37,132 nucleotides of DNA from a virus (taxonomy: Duplodnaviria; Caudoviricetes): positions 1 to 37,132 of the IMG/VR virus record IMGVR_UViG_3300005805_000217. One strand, written 5' to 3'. Each line of letters begins with the position of its first letter. The first letter of the stretch is position 1. Made by a program: the position numbers and the translations under genes. Below are positions 19,890 through 28,733 of the stretch, in pieces. Under the pieces are notes generated by a model, which saw nothing but the letters and a program-made list of their open reading frames with translations, did no database searches and was not told where the DNA came from.

Positions 19890-20858
19890 ATGAAAACTAT
19901 GGCAATGCTTGCTGGCGGTGGGATGGGTGGCGCTAGGGAACTTGCGGAAATGATCCGCAGGCTTGGCCGAGGCCGAGATACGATATTGGCGCATATCACG
20001 CCAGAAGAAGCCGACCTGCTGCGTAAGTTAGGTGGTAGCGGGAAAACCAATCCGCAAACTGGATTGCCTGAGTTTCAAGAGGAATTTGATCTTGATGCTG
20101 GCATGGATTACACCCCTGATTACTCTGGCTTTTCTGAGTTTGATTTTGATGCCGGCATGGACTTTACGCCGCAGTTTGAAGCGGCGATTGAACCTGCTGC
20201 ACCTAGCATTGACTTTATGGGCGCACAAGCAAGATTGCCCGCCGCTGATCGTGGCGTGCCGTTGCCTGGTGAGCGTGCGCCGGTTGCTGGTATGGAACTG
20301 CCTCAACCTACTGAGCGCACTACCGCACAGAGGATCGAGGATGCACTGCAAAGGGTGCAGCGTAAAGCCAATGAAAACCCTCTGCTAACACGCCTTGGCG
20401 TTGGCGCAGCATCAGGGCTTAGTCAAGCATTGATGGCTCGCCGTGCTAGGCGAGAAGCCGAGGGCATGGCCGCAAGGGAGCGCACCGCTGGCGCACCGTT
20501 CCGTGCTGCTGCACAAGAGGCGTCGGCAAGGGCTTCTGCTGGCGGGATGACCCCGCAAGAACAACGTGCATTTGAGGCGGCACAGGCTAGGGCAAGGCAA
20601 GGGCTTAGCCAAAGGAATATGACGCAAGGTAGCGCAGCGGCTGGAATTCAGGCCGGCCAAAAGGCTAGGGCTACCAGCGAGGCTAGAGCCAGGGCTATGT
20701 CTGAGGCCATGCGGAATGCCGGCATTGCCGACCAATACGAAGGCCGGGCGCTTCAGTTGCAGCTTAGCTCGGACAAGGCTTTGAATGACATTCTTGGCGA
20801 AGTTTTAGCTAGGGAAGTAACCGCCGCCACCAGACAGCAAGCACCTGCACCGAGGTAA
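19890..20858 (+). CDS. probable ejection / DNA-transfer protein
   Basis: Motif GRGRDTILAHITPEEA.LL..LGGSG.TNP.TGLPEF, which I recognise from podovirus internal proteins; A/Q/R-rich helical C-terminus. Confidence 0.7.
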   Translation: MKTMAMLAGGGMGGARELAEMIRRLGRGRDTILAHITPEEADLLRKLGGSGKTNPQTGLPEFQEEFDLDAGMDYTPDYSGFSEFDFDAGMDFTPQFEAAIEPAAPSIDFMGAQARLPAADRGVPLPGERAPVAGMELPQPTERTTAQRIEDALQRVQRKANENPLLTRLGVGAASGLSQALMARRARREAEGMAARERTAGAPFRAAAQEASARASAGGMTPQEQRAFEAAQARARQGLSQRNMTQGSAAAGIQAGQKARATSEARARAMSEAMRNAGIADQYEGRALQLQLSSDKALNDILGEVLAREVTAATRQQAPAPR

Positions 20859-20860
20859 AT

Positions 20861-22459
20861 ATGAACGGTAATCAAGATCGGCTTCCTGCCCTTTTGGGCG
20901 GCGTTTACGGCGCAAAAGACATTGCTTCACGCGCTACTGCGGCAAAGAAGGAAATGCCGGCGTTGCTGCAAGACATTGGGGCAGCGAAAGAAGAAGGCGC
21001 CATTTCAGAGTTTCGTGCCGGGCAAGGCGTAAAAGAGCGAACCGCTGCTGCTGAACGCCAGTTTGCCGACAAGTCTAGGGAGGCTGCTACTGAACTTGAA
21101 TCGGGTGTAAAGCCATATCAAGAGTTTCAACAGCCAGAATACAAGGCTTCAGACTATGCGGCTAACGCTGCGGCCAGGCTGTTTACCGGACTGATGATTG
21201 GTGGCGTTGCAAAAACGTCTGCAATCGGTCAGTTAAAGGCTGTGCGGGACATGCAAAAGGCTGAAGATCAGGGCCTTAGGGAGCAGTTTGCAACCGCCAA
21301 GATACAGTTTGATGAGGCTGAAAAAGCCAGAAAAGATTTCAATGACAATCTAAAGCAGCGGTTTGATCGCATGATTAAACTGCTGTCATCCGATAGGGCT
21401 GCTGCGCTTGCAGAAGGCAAGATTATCGAGGCCATCCTGGGTGAAGGTGCTATCCGCGCAAACATCAGGGCCGGCAATCTGCAAAAGGCTTACGACCAGT
21501 TTAATAAGTTTGTTGATGCAAACGATAAGCTGCAAATAGCTAGGGAAACGGCAAGGATTCGCGCTGAGAACCGCCAAGGTGGAGCAGGACAAGTATTCTT
21601 TGGAACTGATGCCCAAGGCAATCAAGTTCCTGTGCTTGTTGACCCAAGAACAGGCCAAACAAAGCCAGTAACTCTTCCTGAAGGTGTTTCAAAAATTGAA
21701 AAGCCAGGCGCTAGGGGGCAAGCAGGACAAAATGCGCTTACTTTTGCTTCGCGTGTTTATGGCAATATCGAAAATGCAGCGCAAGACATTCAAAATATCG
21801 TCAACCTTCCTGCGGCATCACAGCTTCCTGTGCTATCAGGATTGCTAAATGTTGATAGAAAAACCGCTATTGGCAGTCTTGAATCTCTTGCTGCAAGAAA
21901 AATAACCGATAAAGAAAATAGGGCGTTCCAGCAGGTTACGGATCAGCTTGGATTCGCTCTTTCTAGGCTTGAGGCACAAGGTCTTGCGTCTGGCGCAACA
22001 AAAGCAGCCGTTGATGCGTTTAACTCTCTACGGCCTGCTGCGGGAGATAACGCTATTAACATGGCGATTTACCTTGCGCGTGTTAAACAAGAAATTCAAA
22101 CCGGAATTAAAGTTCATGAAAAAATGCCTGGAGCCACCCCGGAACAAAAGGCTGCCGCAAAAGATGTTCTTGCAAAACTTGACGCCGCCGTTCCTTTCAC
22201 CGTTAATGACACGCTAGATATTCTTAGGAAAAACAAACGGCCTCTTGGCGATAAGATGACAAAACTTATTCAAGGGCCTTCAGTTTCCAATGCAGTTTCT
22301 ACTATTGTCGAACAGCAAAGCCAGCCTCGCTCAGAAAATGCCCCGGTTACTCCTGCCGCAGAAACAGTGACAGTTGGCGACAAGGTTTATACGCGGCCCG
22401 CAAATTTTACTGATGAACAGTGGTCGCGGTATAAATCTAGCATTGGAGTAAACCAATGA
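20861..22459 (+). CDS. probable ejection / DNA-transfer protein
   Basis: GAGGT SD; A/K/Q-rich helical 532 aa; synteny. Confidence 0.65.
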   Translation: MNGNQDRLPALLGGVYGAKDIASRATAAKKEMPALLQDIGAAKEEGAISEFRAGQGVKERTAAAERQFADKSREAATELESGVKPYQEFQQPEYKASDYAANAAARLFTGLMIGGVAKTSAIGQLKAVRDMQKAEDQGLREQFATAKIQFDEAEKARKDFNDNLKQRFDRMIKLLSSDRAAALAEGKIIEAILGEGAIRANIRAGNLQKAYDQFNKFVDANDKLQIARETARIRAENRQGGAGQVFFGTDAQGNQVPVLVDPRTGQTKPVTLPEGVSKIEKPGARGQAGQNALTFASRVYGNIENAAQDIQNIVNLPAASQLPVLSGLLNVDRKTAIGSLESLAARKITDKENRAFQQVTDQLGFALSRLEAQGLASGATKAAVDAFNSLRPAAGDNAINMAIYLARVKQEIQTGIKVHEKMPGATPEQKAAAKDVLAKLDAAVPFTVNDTLDILRKNKRPLGDKMTKLIQGPSVSNAVSTIVEQQSQPRSENAPVTPAAETVTVGDKVYTRPANFTDEQWSRYKSSIGVNQ

Positions 22460-24000
22460 GTCCTGAAGAATGGCTTAAATCTGAAGGCCAAAAAACAGAT
22501 AGTTCCATAATGTCTCCTGAGGATTGGTTGAAATCTCAGGGAAAAAAGGAAGATGCAGCCGCGTTTGGATTCTATCCACCTGGCAAATTAAAAACTGCAC
22601 CGGAAGAACGAAAGCAGCGCGTTGATGTAAAGGCTCGAAAAGCCGGTGAATTTATGGGCCTTGCGGCTCCTGAAGAGCCAGAGTTTGATATTGGGAGAGT
22701 TCCTGTATCAGGAGCGGCAGGCGCTGGAATTACCGCTGCGCTTCCGAAAGCACTTCAATATGGCGGCAAAGCATTGAGTATGGTTCCTACGCCAGCCACA
22801 AAAGCAGCCGGCATGTCGGCCCAGGTATTGGGCCGCGCCCTTGGAACCAGCCCATTGCTTGCAAGAACTGGGGTTGGTGCTGTTACCGGAGCAACAGCAG
22901 ATGTTCTTGGGCAAACCGCCGAGCAAATGGGCGCCCCAAGACTTGTTGGTGAATTAGCTGCTGGCGTAGTGCCTGGAATTTCTAGGTCAATGGCAAGAGG
23001 TCTTGTTGGTGAAACTACGCAAACCGCAGAAAAAATTGCAAGAAAAGCAGAAAATCTTGGCATAAAACTATCGCCATCACAGACCAGAAAGATCGAGCCT
23101 TTACCTGCAAGAGGTGCATCCATGCAGGATGAGGCAAACCAAAAAATATTCAATCAGCTTGCTACAAAAGGCACCGGCAAACAGGTTGATGAGATAGATA
23201 CTTCATTTATAGCTGAAAGATTAAGAAGCCTTGGCGGTGAGTTTGACAAGATTTATAAAGGCAAGATGTTTAGGGTTGATCCAGCCATTGAAAGCGACCT
23301 TAATGCAATTATCCAAAGGGAGCAGGAGCTTGGTGCGGCAGGGGTTTCTACCGTAAAAAACATAGCCGACACCATTGCGAACAAGGTTAAAACTCAAGGC
23401 ATGGTGAAGTCCATTGAAGGTGATGATCTTCAAAGGCTAAGAAATGCTCTTTCTGAAAAAGCTCGGTCTAGCGGAAGCCGGATAAGTGCTTTTGAAATTA
23501 ACAGTTTGATAGATAAAATTGATGACGCTGTTGCCAGATACAATCCCCAAGTAAAAACTCAGCTAAATGATCTTCGTCCAAAATATAGAAATGCCATTAT
23601 TTTGGAGGATATGTATCGTTCTGGCGGGATTAAGCAAGGAAATATAAGCCCTGAAGTTTTGGGTAATGCTCTTAGAAAAGATATGAGCGTTATTAGAAGG
23701 CAAAATATTTCAAAAGATATAGACCAGCTTGGAGAGATTGGCCGAGAGTTGCAGTTGCGGGCGCTTTGGCAGAGAGAAGGCGCTAGGGCGCTTTCTGATT
23801 CTGAAAAAAGCCTAGGAAGGATTCTTAGTGCTCCTACCGACATTCTGAGTTCAATAACTGGACTTAGAACGCAACAGGCTAGGGCATTGCAGCGGCAAAT
23901 AGGATCGACAAAGCCTATGCCTAAAAAAGTTGCGGCCCCTGCTGGTGCTGCCGCAGCAGAAATTTCTAGGCAAATTTCACCATCTGAAGAAGAGGAATAA
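22456..24000 (+). CDS. probable ejection / DNA-transfer protein
   Basis: ATGA overlap; Gly/Ala hydrophobic stretches followed by a helical domain; last of the large internal-protein genes. Confidence 0.65.
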   Translation: MSPEEWLKSEGQKTDSSIMSPEDWLKSQGKKEDAAAFGFYPPGKLKTAPEERKQRVDVKARKAGEFMGLAAPEEPEFDIGRVPVSGAAGAGITAALPKALQYGGKALSMVPTPATKAAGMSAQVLGRALGTSPLLARTGVGAVTGATADVLGQTAEQMGAPRLVGELAAGVVPGISRSMARGLVGETTQTAEKIARKAENLGIKLSPSQTRKIEPLPARGASMQDEANQKIFNQLATKGTGKQVDEIDTSFIAERLRSLGGEFDKIYKGKMFRVDPAIESDLNAIIQREQELGAAGVSTVKNIADTIANKVKTQGMVKSIEGDDLQRLRNALSEKARSSGSRISAFEINSLIDKIDDAVARYNPQVKTQLNDLRPKYRNAIILEDMYRSGGIKQGNISPEVLGNALRKDMSVIRRQNISKDIDQLGEIGRELQLRALWQREGARALSDSEKSLGRILSAPTDILSSITGLRTQQARALQRQIGSTKPMPKKVAAPAGAAAAEISRQISPSEEEE

Positions 24001-24002
24001 CC

Positions 24003-24149
24003 ATGCCACTGATTAAAGGTTACAGTAAGGATTCTGTAAGCAAGAACATCAGCAAGGAAATGAAGCGCGGGAAGCCTCAGAAACAGGCGGTTGCCATTGC
24101 TTTGAATACTGCCAGGACTGCCCGTAAGATGAGGAAAGGCAAGCGGTAA
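24003..24149 (+). CDS. 48-aa basic microprotein (MPLIKGYSKDSVSKNISKEMKRGKPQKQAVAIALNTARTARKMRKGKR), not in the ORF track
   Basis: Translated by hand; GAGGA SD; KQAVAIAL motif; TAATG coupling to the next ORF. Confidence 0.8.
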   Translation: MPLIKGYSKDSVSKNISKEMKRGKPQKQAVAIALNTARTARKMRKGKR

Positions 24150-24331
24150 TGGACTATGACATGATGACTGATGAGGCTAAAATCCAGCTTCGTAGGGATA
24201 AGCGTAGCGAATCAAGGGGTTCCGAGGATGAGGTTGAATCCTATCGATCCCCAATGAAAGCTATGGACAGGATTCCAATGGGCAGCAGGTTCAAGCGTGA
24301 CAAGCGCGGGAGCCGGAAGATGGAACGATGA
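24149..24331 (+). CDS. small charged hypothetical protein
   Basis: Translationally coupled at both ends. Confidence 0.6.
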   Translation: MDYDMMTDEAKIQLRRDKRSESRGSEDEVESYRSPMKAMDRIPMGSRFKRDKRGSRKMER

Positions 24332-24534
24332 GCAAGAAAACGAAGGGGCTGAATCCAGAGCTTGAGCAGGCAATAAGTGAGTTGTTAAAGCAAGTCATGG
24401 CAGACGAAACCGCATCGCTGACCGACAAAACAAAGGTTCTGGATAGGGCGCTGAAACTTGAACAAATTAAACAAAAAATTGCGGATGACGAATGGGGTAA
24501 GGGATTTTTCAACAATGAAGATGGAGAGGACTAA
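24328..24534 (+). CDS. small helical hypothetical protein
   Basis: ATGA overlap; 68 aa. Confidence 0.65.
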   Translation: MSKKTKGLNPELEQAISELLKQVMADETASLTDKTKVLDRALKLEQIKQKIADDEWGKGFFNNEDGED

Positions 24535-24536
24535 AG

Positions 24537-24761
24537 ATGGACGGGGCTGTATTGAAGATGATTCGGGTGGCTTTGGAAATTCTGTCTATGCGGTCGTTGA
24601 CTGTTTTGGCGATGGCTATGAGTTTCCTGCTAGCTTGTTGGGTGATGTGGATGCCTACGTGGGAGAGGATGGCAATGGCTTCGTTCTTTGCCGCTTGTAT
24701 CTATTTACCGTGCATTAGTTGGGAAAGGAAAAAGCATGAAAATGACATACCAAAAGAGTGA
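24537..24761 (+). CDS. small two-TM membrane protein
   Basis: GAGGA SD; two hydrophobic segments. Confidence 0.65.
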   Translation: MDGAVLKMIRVALEILSMRSLTVLAMAMSFLLACWVMWMPTWERMAMASFFAACIYLPCISWERKKHENDIPKE

Positions 24762-24963
24762 AATGTCCGTGAAGATGGAGTCTAAGGACGTTGGTGAGCC
24801 CTACCGTTCCCAGGCTATTTCGGATACCTACGGCCTTGGCAAGCCAACCCGCACCAATCCTGTCGGTGGTTTCATGGGGATGCAGTGCTTTTCTGGCTCT
24901 CCTGACCAGCGCAAAAGCCCGACCAGCAAGCCTGGCAATGCCGGGGGTAAAAGGATTATCTAA
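24736..24963 (+). CDS. small hypothetical protein
   Basis: AAGGA SD before ATG 24736; TAATG coupling to the next gene. Confidence 0.6.
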   Translation: MKMTYQKSEMSVKMESKDVGEPYRSQAISDTYGLGKPTRTNPVGGFMGMQCFSGSPDQRKSPTSKPGNAGGKRII

Positions 24964-25310
24964 TGGCTAACAATATTGCCTTTCAGCCTATGGGAAACTG
25001 CGTGGTGGCTACCGCTTCCACTGCAAACGTTCAGGGTAACGTGGTTTCAATTACGGCTGTTAGTCCGGTTAATCAATACTTTGTATTTAACCCGGACAAG
25101 AACGACCCTGTATTTGTGGCGTATGGGCAGACTGCAAACATTACGGCTACCATTCCAGATGAGAATGGTGCGCCTGTTGTTGCGATTGCCCCATACACTG
25201 AAAAGGTTTTAACAGGCCCGCAATGCAGCACCGACAAAACCGTTTATGTGCGTATCATCGCCCCGCACAATAACGCCAAACTTTACATCATGCCTGGAGA
25301 GGGTTTGTAA
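24963..25310 (+). CDS. small beta-rich protein (paralogue of 15810..16139)
   Basis: Shared motifs with 15810..16139; coupled at both ends. Confidence 0.7.
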   Translation: MANNIAFQPMGNCVVATASTANVQGNVVSITAVSPVNQYFVFNPDKNDPVFVAYGQTANITATIPDENGAPVVAIAPYTEKVLTGPQCSTDKTVYVRIIAPHNNAKLYIMPGEGL

Positions 25311-25489
25311 TGCCTGCGAAAAGTCCAAATGTATCCGCACGACTGTCCGAGCATGAGGCGGTTTGTGCCGAACGATACAGCCAAATTAACGCCCGCCTGA
25401 AGAGGATCGAGGCGATATTGCTTAAAACTGCTGGCGTTGTTCTTGTTGCGATGGCAGGTGTTATATGGGCCTCGATAGCGGTCAAGTGA
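25310..25489 (+). CDS. 59-aa coiled-coil plus C-terminal TM protein, lysis-module accessory (MPAKSPNVSARLSEHEAVCAERYSQINARLKRIE...), not in the ORF track
   Basis: Translated by hand; HEAVCAERY..I..RLKRIE followed by a hydrophobic helix; TAATG coupling. Confidence 0.75.
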   Translation: MPAKSPNVSARLSEHEAVCAERYSQINARLKRIEAILLKTAGVVLVAMAGVIWASIAVK

Positions 25490-25495
25490 TTGGTT

Positions 25496-25759
25496 ATGAA
25501 TTGGTCTGATATATTAAAGGCAATAATACCAATAGTAGTGGCTTCTTTGGCGTGGCTATTGGGTGAGGTTTCTTCTTTTAATACTCGTCTGACCAAAATT
25601 GAAGGGCAGATGCCTTCCCTGATTACTCCTCAAGGCACCCCGACTGACAGCCCTCTATCAGCCGAGCAAAGGCATAAGCTGAAGGAAGAAATCTACAAAG
25701 ACCTGCATGACCTTCAGGTAAGGGTGAAACTGATGGAAGAACGGCAGAAATCAAAATGA
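25496..25759 (+). CDS. N-terminal TM plus coiled-coil protein (lysis module)
   Basis: ILKAIIPIVVASLAWLLG hydrophobic helix; ATGA overlap with the holin. Confidence 0.65.
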   Translation: MNWSDILKAIIPIVVASLAWLLGEVSSFNTRLTKIEGQMPSLITPQGTPTDSPLSAEQRHKLKEEIYKDLHDLQVRVKLMEERQKSK

Positions 25760-26157
25760 TCCCGATTCCTGCGCTCCTAACGATTGGCACTAAGCTGATT
25801 GACAAGTTTTTCCCGGACGCCCAGGCTGCGGAAGCTGCCAAGCTGAAACTGTTGGAAATGCAACAGAACGGTGATCTTGCCCAACTGAATGCCGACGTTA
25901 CGGAGCAGCACGAGGTTACCGAACGGCTCAAGGCTGACATGGGCAGCGATAGCTGGCTATCCAAGAACATCAGGCCCATGACCCTTGTGTTCATCCTCGT
26001 CACCTACACGGTCTTTGGGATGATGTCGGCATGGGATATAGAAGTAAACAGTGACTACGTTGAATTGCTTGGACAGTGGGGCATGTTAATCATGTCGTTC
26101 TACTTCGGTGGCCGCACGCTTGAGAAGATCATGGGCATGAAGAAAGTCAAAGAATGA
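25756..26157 (+). CDS. holin (3TM / GTA-holin-like)
   Basis: SWLSKNIRP, hydrophobic helices, FYFGGRTLEK; immediately upstream of the endolysin. Confidence 0.8.
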   Translation: MIPIPALLTIGTKLIDKFFPDAQAAEAAKLKLLEMQQNGDLAQLNADVTEQHEVTERLKADMGSDSWLSKNIRPMTLVFILVTYTVFGMMSAWDIEVNSDYVELLGQWGMLIMSFYFGGRTLEKIMGMKKVKE

Positions 26158-26597
26158 CTACTCCCCTCTCTGCAAACTTCACCCTAGAAGAACTGACGCG
26201 CTCCGAGGCGGCTGACCGCAACGGTTGGGATAACACCCCCAACGAGGAGGAGATCGAGAACTTGAGGCGCCTGGCTGCGCTACTCCAGCAGGTCAAGTCT
26301 GCGGTGGGTGGCAAGCCAGTGATGATTAACTCTGGTTTCCGGTCAAAGAAGGTCAATGACTCGGTGGGATCAAAGGATACCAGCCAGCACCGGCTAGGAT
26401 GCGCTGCGGATATCCGGGTGCCAGGCATGAAGCCTCGGGAAGTGGTGGAAGCCTGCATTGCAGCCGGCGTGCCGTTTGACCAGATCATCCTAGAGTTTGA
26501 TTCGTGGACTCATATCTCGGTGCCGAACACGGCTGATGCCAAGCCTCGAGGCTCTAGGCTGATTATCGACAAACAAGGGACGAGGCCGTATGCCTAA
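26154..26597 (+). CDS. endolysin, peptidase M15 family (Zn peptidase)
   Basis: LSANFTLEEL, INSGFRS, SQHRLGCAAD (SxHxxGxAxD), W.HIS. Confidence 0.9.
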   Translation: MTTPLSANFTLEELTRSEAADRNGWDNTPNEEEIENLRRLAALLQQVKSAVGGKPVMINSGFRSKKVNDSVGSKDTSQHRLGCAADIRVPGMKPREVVEACIAAGVPFDQIILEFDSWTHISVPNTADAKPRGSRLIIDKQGTRPYA

Positions 26598-26853
26598 GAA
26601 ATCTGTAAGCCTATCCATAGGGCGGGGCGAAAAACTCCCGGTAAGCCGTGGGGCTGGATTGACGGCCAAGGGTAGGGCCAAGATGAACAGGGCCACAGGC
26701 AGCAATCTGAAGGCTCCTGCGCCAAATCCTAAGACCAAGAGGGATGCCGGCAGGAAACGCTCATTCTGCGCTAGAATGGCTGGCGTCGTTAGAAAAGCCA
26801 AAGGCCCGGCGACTAGGGCTAAGGCATCACTGAGAAGGTGGAACTGCCGATGA
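26590..26853 (+). CDS. small highly basic phage protein
   Basis: GLTAKGRAK.N..TGSNLKAP, RKRSFCARM, SLRRWNC pattern common in aquatic phages. Confidence 0.8.
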   Translation: MPKKSVSLSIGRGEKLPVSRGAGLTAKGRAKMNRATGSNLKAPAPNPKTKRDAGRKRSFCARMAGVVRKAKGPATRAKASLRRWNCR

Positions 26854-26996
26854 AACCCGGACTCTATAGCAACATCAACGCTAAACGCGCCAGAATCGCT
26901 GCTGGTAGCGGAGAAAGAATGCGAAAGCCTGGCAGCAAGGGTGCGCCCACTGCCAAGGCTTTCAAGCAGTCTGCACGGACTGCTAAGAAACGTTAG
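26850..26996 (+). CDS. 48-aa basic microprotein (MKPGLYSNINAKRARIAAGSGERMRKPGSKGAPTAKAFKQSARTAKKR), not in the ORF track
   Basis: Translated by hand; ATGA overlap; ends just before the terminator. Confidence 0.8.
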   Translation: MKPGLYSNINAKRARIAAGSGERMRKPGSKGAPTAKAFKQSARTAKKR

Positions 26997-27005
26997 GTGT
27001 CCTCC

Positions 27006-27057
27006 AGCGAGAAATCTCCCCTCGCTTTTGCCCCGGCCTTACGCCGGGGTTTTTTTA
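27006..27057 (+). terminator. tandem hairpins ending the late arm; second is an intrinsic terminator
   Basis: AGCGAG/CTCGCT hairpin plus TTT, then CCCCGGC-CTTAC-GCCGGGG followed by T7, at the convergence of the two arms. Confidence 0.85.
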
Positions 27058-27201
27058 TGCAATGATGCCTAGCTCATGCGCTAGAACTGACGCATCCTCT
27101 TCGGTTGTGGTGCCTGCGCGGACACGCTCAAGAATCTCCATGATCCGCTGCTGGCGCTCTTCTTCTAGCTCCTGCTGCTGCCGATAATCTCGGTCAGACA
27201 T
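27055..27201 (-). CDS. 48-aa hypothetical protein (MSDRDYRQQQELEEERQQRIMEILERVRAG...), not in the ORF track
   Basis: Translated by hand; overlaps the end of the glycosyltransferase gene; stop lies in the terminator T-tract. Confidence 0.6.
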   Translation of the reverse strand: MSDRDYRQQQELEEERQQRIMEILERVRAGTTTEEDASVLAHELGIIA

Positions 27202-27931
27202 TGCAGGGTTCTTCCGTGGCGACTAGCTGCCCCTCAAACAAGTAGCTACCCATATGCCCAAGCTGGCACCAGGGTGCTGCATAGACCTTGCCGCCGTGCT
27301 TGCGGTAGCTCTGGCAGAAGAAATAATCCTCAGACAGCAGCCGGTTGGTTTCCTCGCAGATCGGCACCTGGAAGAAGTTATAAATCTTTTCACCGATAGA
27401 CATATGGCTCATGTCATTGGAGTATTGCTCGGTATGCTCCCGCAATTCTTCATATACTTTGCGCTTGGTCAACATGAAGCCGGTGCCTACGGCGTAGACC
27501 TCTAGCGGTTTGTCCACCGGAACCACCAGGTTGTCCCGGTATTCAACGGTATTCACGACAAATGAACCCGTGTAGTTTTGCAGGTTATCCTTGCCTTTGG
27601 ATACCGCCTCCCTGACAGACTGCCAGTTAATCTCTTTCTTAGGATACAGGCCACCGATCAGATCAACGTCGGCCTCGATCATCTTGACAACATCCTGCGG
27701 CCTGAACTTGATATCCGCATCAATCCAGAACAGATAATCCGCATCACCCTTCAAGAACTGGTGGGTCAGATTGTTCCTGGCTCGGTTAATCAAGCTCTCA
27801 TTGAACATGAAATTGCAGATTGTTTGGTGGTTAGCCTGGCTCAAAGCGCCTACCAGACCAAGCAGGGATTGAACGTAAACCCCTGTGCATTGACCGCCAT
27901 ACATCGGTGTTGCGATAAAGATTTTAGCCAT
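27194..27931 (-). CDS. GT-A fold (GT2-like) glycosyltransferase
   Basis: IFIATPMYGG, ESLINRARN, LFWIDADI (DxD), VGTGFML, LSEDYFFC, LGHMG; start reassigned to ATG 27931. Confidence 0.8.
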   Translation of the reverse strand: MAKIFIATPMYGGQCTGVYVQSLLGLVGALSQANHQTICNFMFNESLINRARNNLTHQFLKGDADYLFWIDADIKFRPQDVVKMIEADVDLIGGLYPKKEINWQSVREAVSKGKDNLQNYTGSFVVNTVEYRDNLVVPVDKPLEVYAVGTGFMLTKRKVYEELREHTEQYSNDMSHMSIGEKIYNFFQVPICEETNRLLSEDYFFCQSYRKHGGKVYAAPWCQLGHMGSYLFEGQLVATEEPCNV

Positions 27932-27932
27932 A

Positions 27933-28733
27933 TTAAACCCCGCACATTCCTTCGCATTCCATGTTAAACATATCAATTTGCCCCATATCTTCAGCGGTAG
28001 AAAAATCTACTTCATCAAGCGGAACCCTTGATCTGTGCATAAACTGCTTGCCTCGCATCCCCCCGACTGGATTACGGATTATTTTGTCAATTTCTACCGC
28101 ATCTTTCCAAGATTCTTCATCCGCTTTTATTAAGCGCCATTCTGTATCTGAATGAAATGGGCAACCTATACATGATGATTTTGGAGGAGTTGGGTATCCG
28201 TTTTTTTCCATCCAGCGCAAACAATCATGCCTAGACATTCCTAATTCAATAAGCGGCCATCTATTAACAGACCATTTCTCCCTGCTCGGTTTCATCCTCG
28301 ATGCTTCGTCTGTAGAAATGCCAATCCAAACATTGCAAGAATTTGGAGGAATTCTTTTTCTAGGAGCATAACCAAGTAATCTTCTTTCCTCCTTAATAAG
28401 AGGGCCGATTTTGTATTCTGCGGTGCATTGTCTACGGCCCATCGCGCCTTTTCCGTCAGGCATAGTCATGTGCCAGGGAATAGAAGCAACTCTTCCTCCA
28501 GTGCTGTTTTGCTTTCTAATTGTATCTTCTCGCAAATTTCCTTTAGTTACTCTTTTTACCGGGAATGGCAGTTGTTTTTCTAGCCAATCAAGCCAAGTGT
28601 ATACGTGCTTCGGCTCCCATTGCGTATCGGCAAAAATTGCATAATCAGGCATTGGGCCTATTTCACCATTTGCTGCCATCAATGCCATTGTGCTTGATTG
28701 CACTCCTGCGCCTAGTGAAATAATATTAAGCAT
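27933..28733 (-). CDS. PAPS-reductase-like / adenine nucleotide alpha-hydrolase (PP-loop) protein
   Basis: ISLGAGVQSS PP-loop variant, IFADTQWE, QCT..YKI, WIGISTDE..R, WPL, KSSCIGCPF, terminal ECEGMCGV. Confidence 0.8.
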   Translation of the reverse strand: MLNIISLGAGVQSSTMALMAANGEIGPMPDYAIFADTQWEPKHVYTWLDWLEKQLPFPVKRVTKGNLREDTIRKQNSTGGRVASIPWHMTMPDGKGAMGRRQCTAEYKIGPLIKEERRLLGYAPRKRIPPNSCNVWIGISTDEASRMKPSREKWSVNRWPLIELGMSRHDCLRWMEKNGYPTPPKSSCIGCPFHSDTEWRLIKADEESWKDAVEIDKIIRNPVGGMRGKQFMHRSRVPLDEVDFSTAEDMGQIDMFNMECEGMCGV

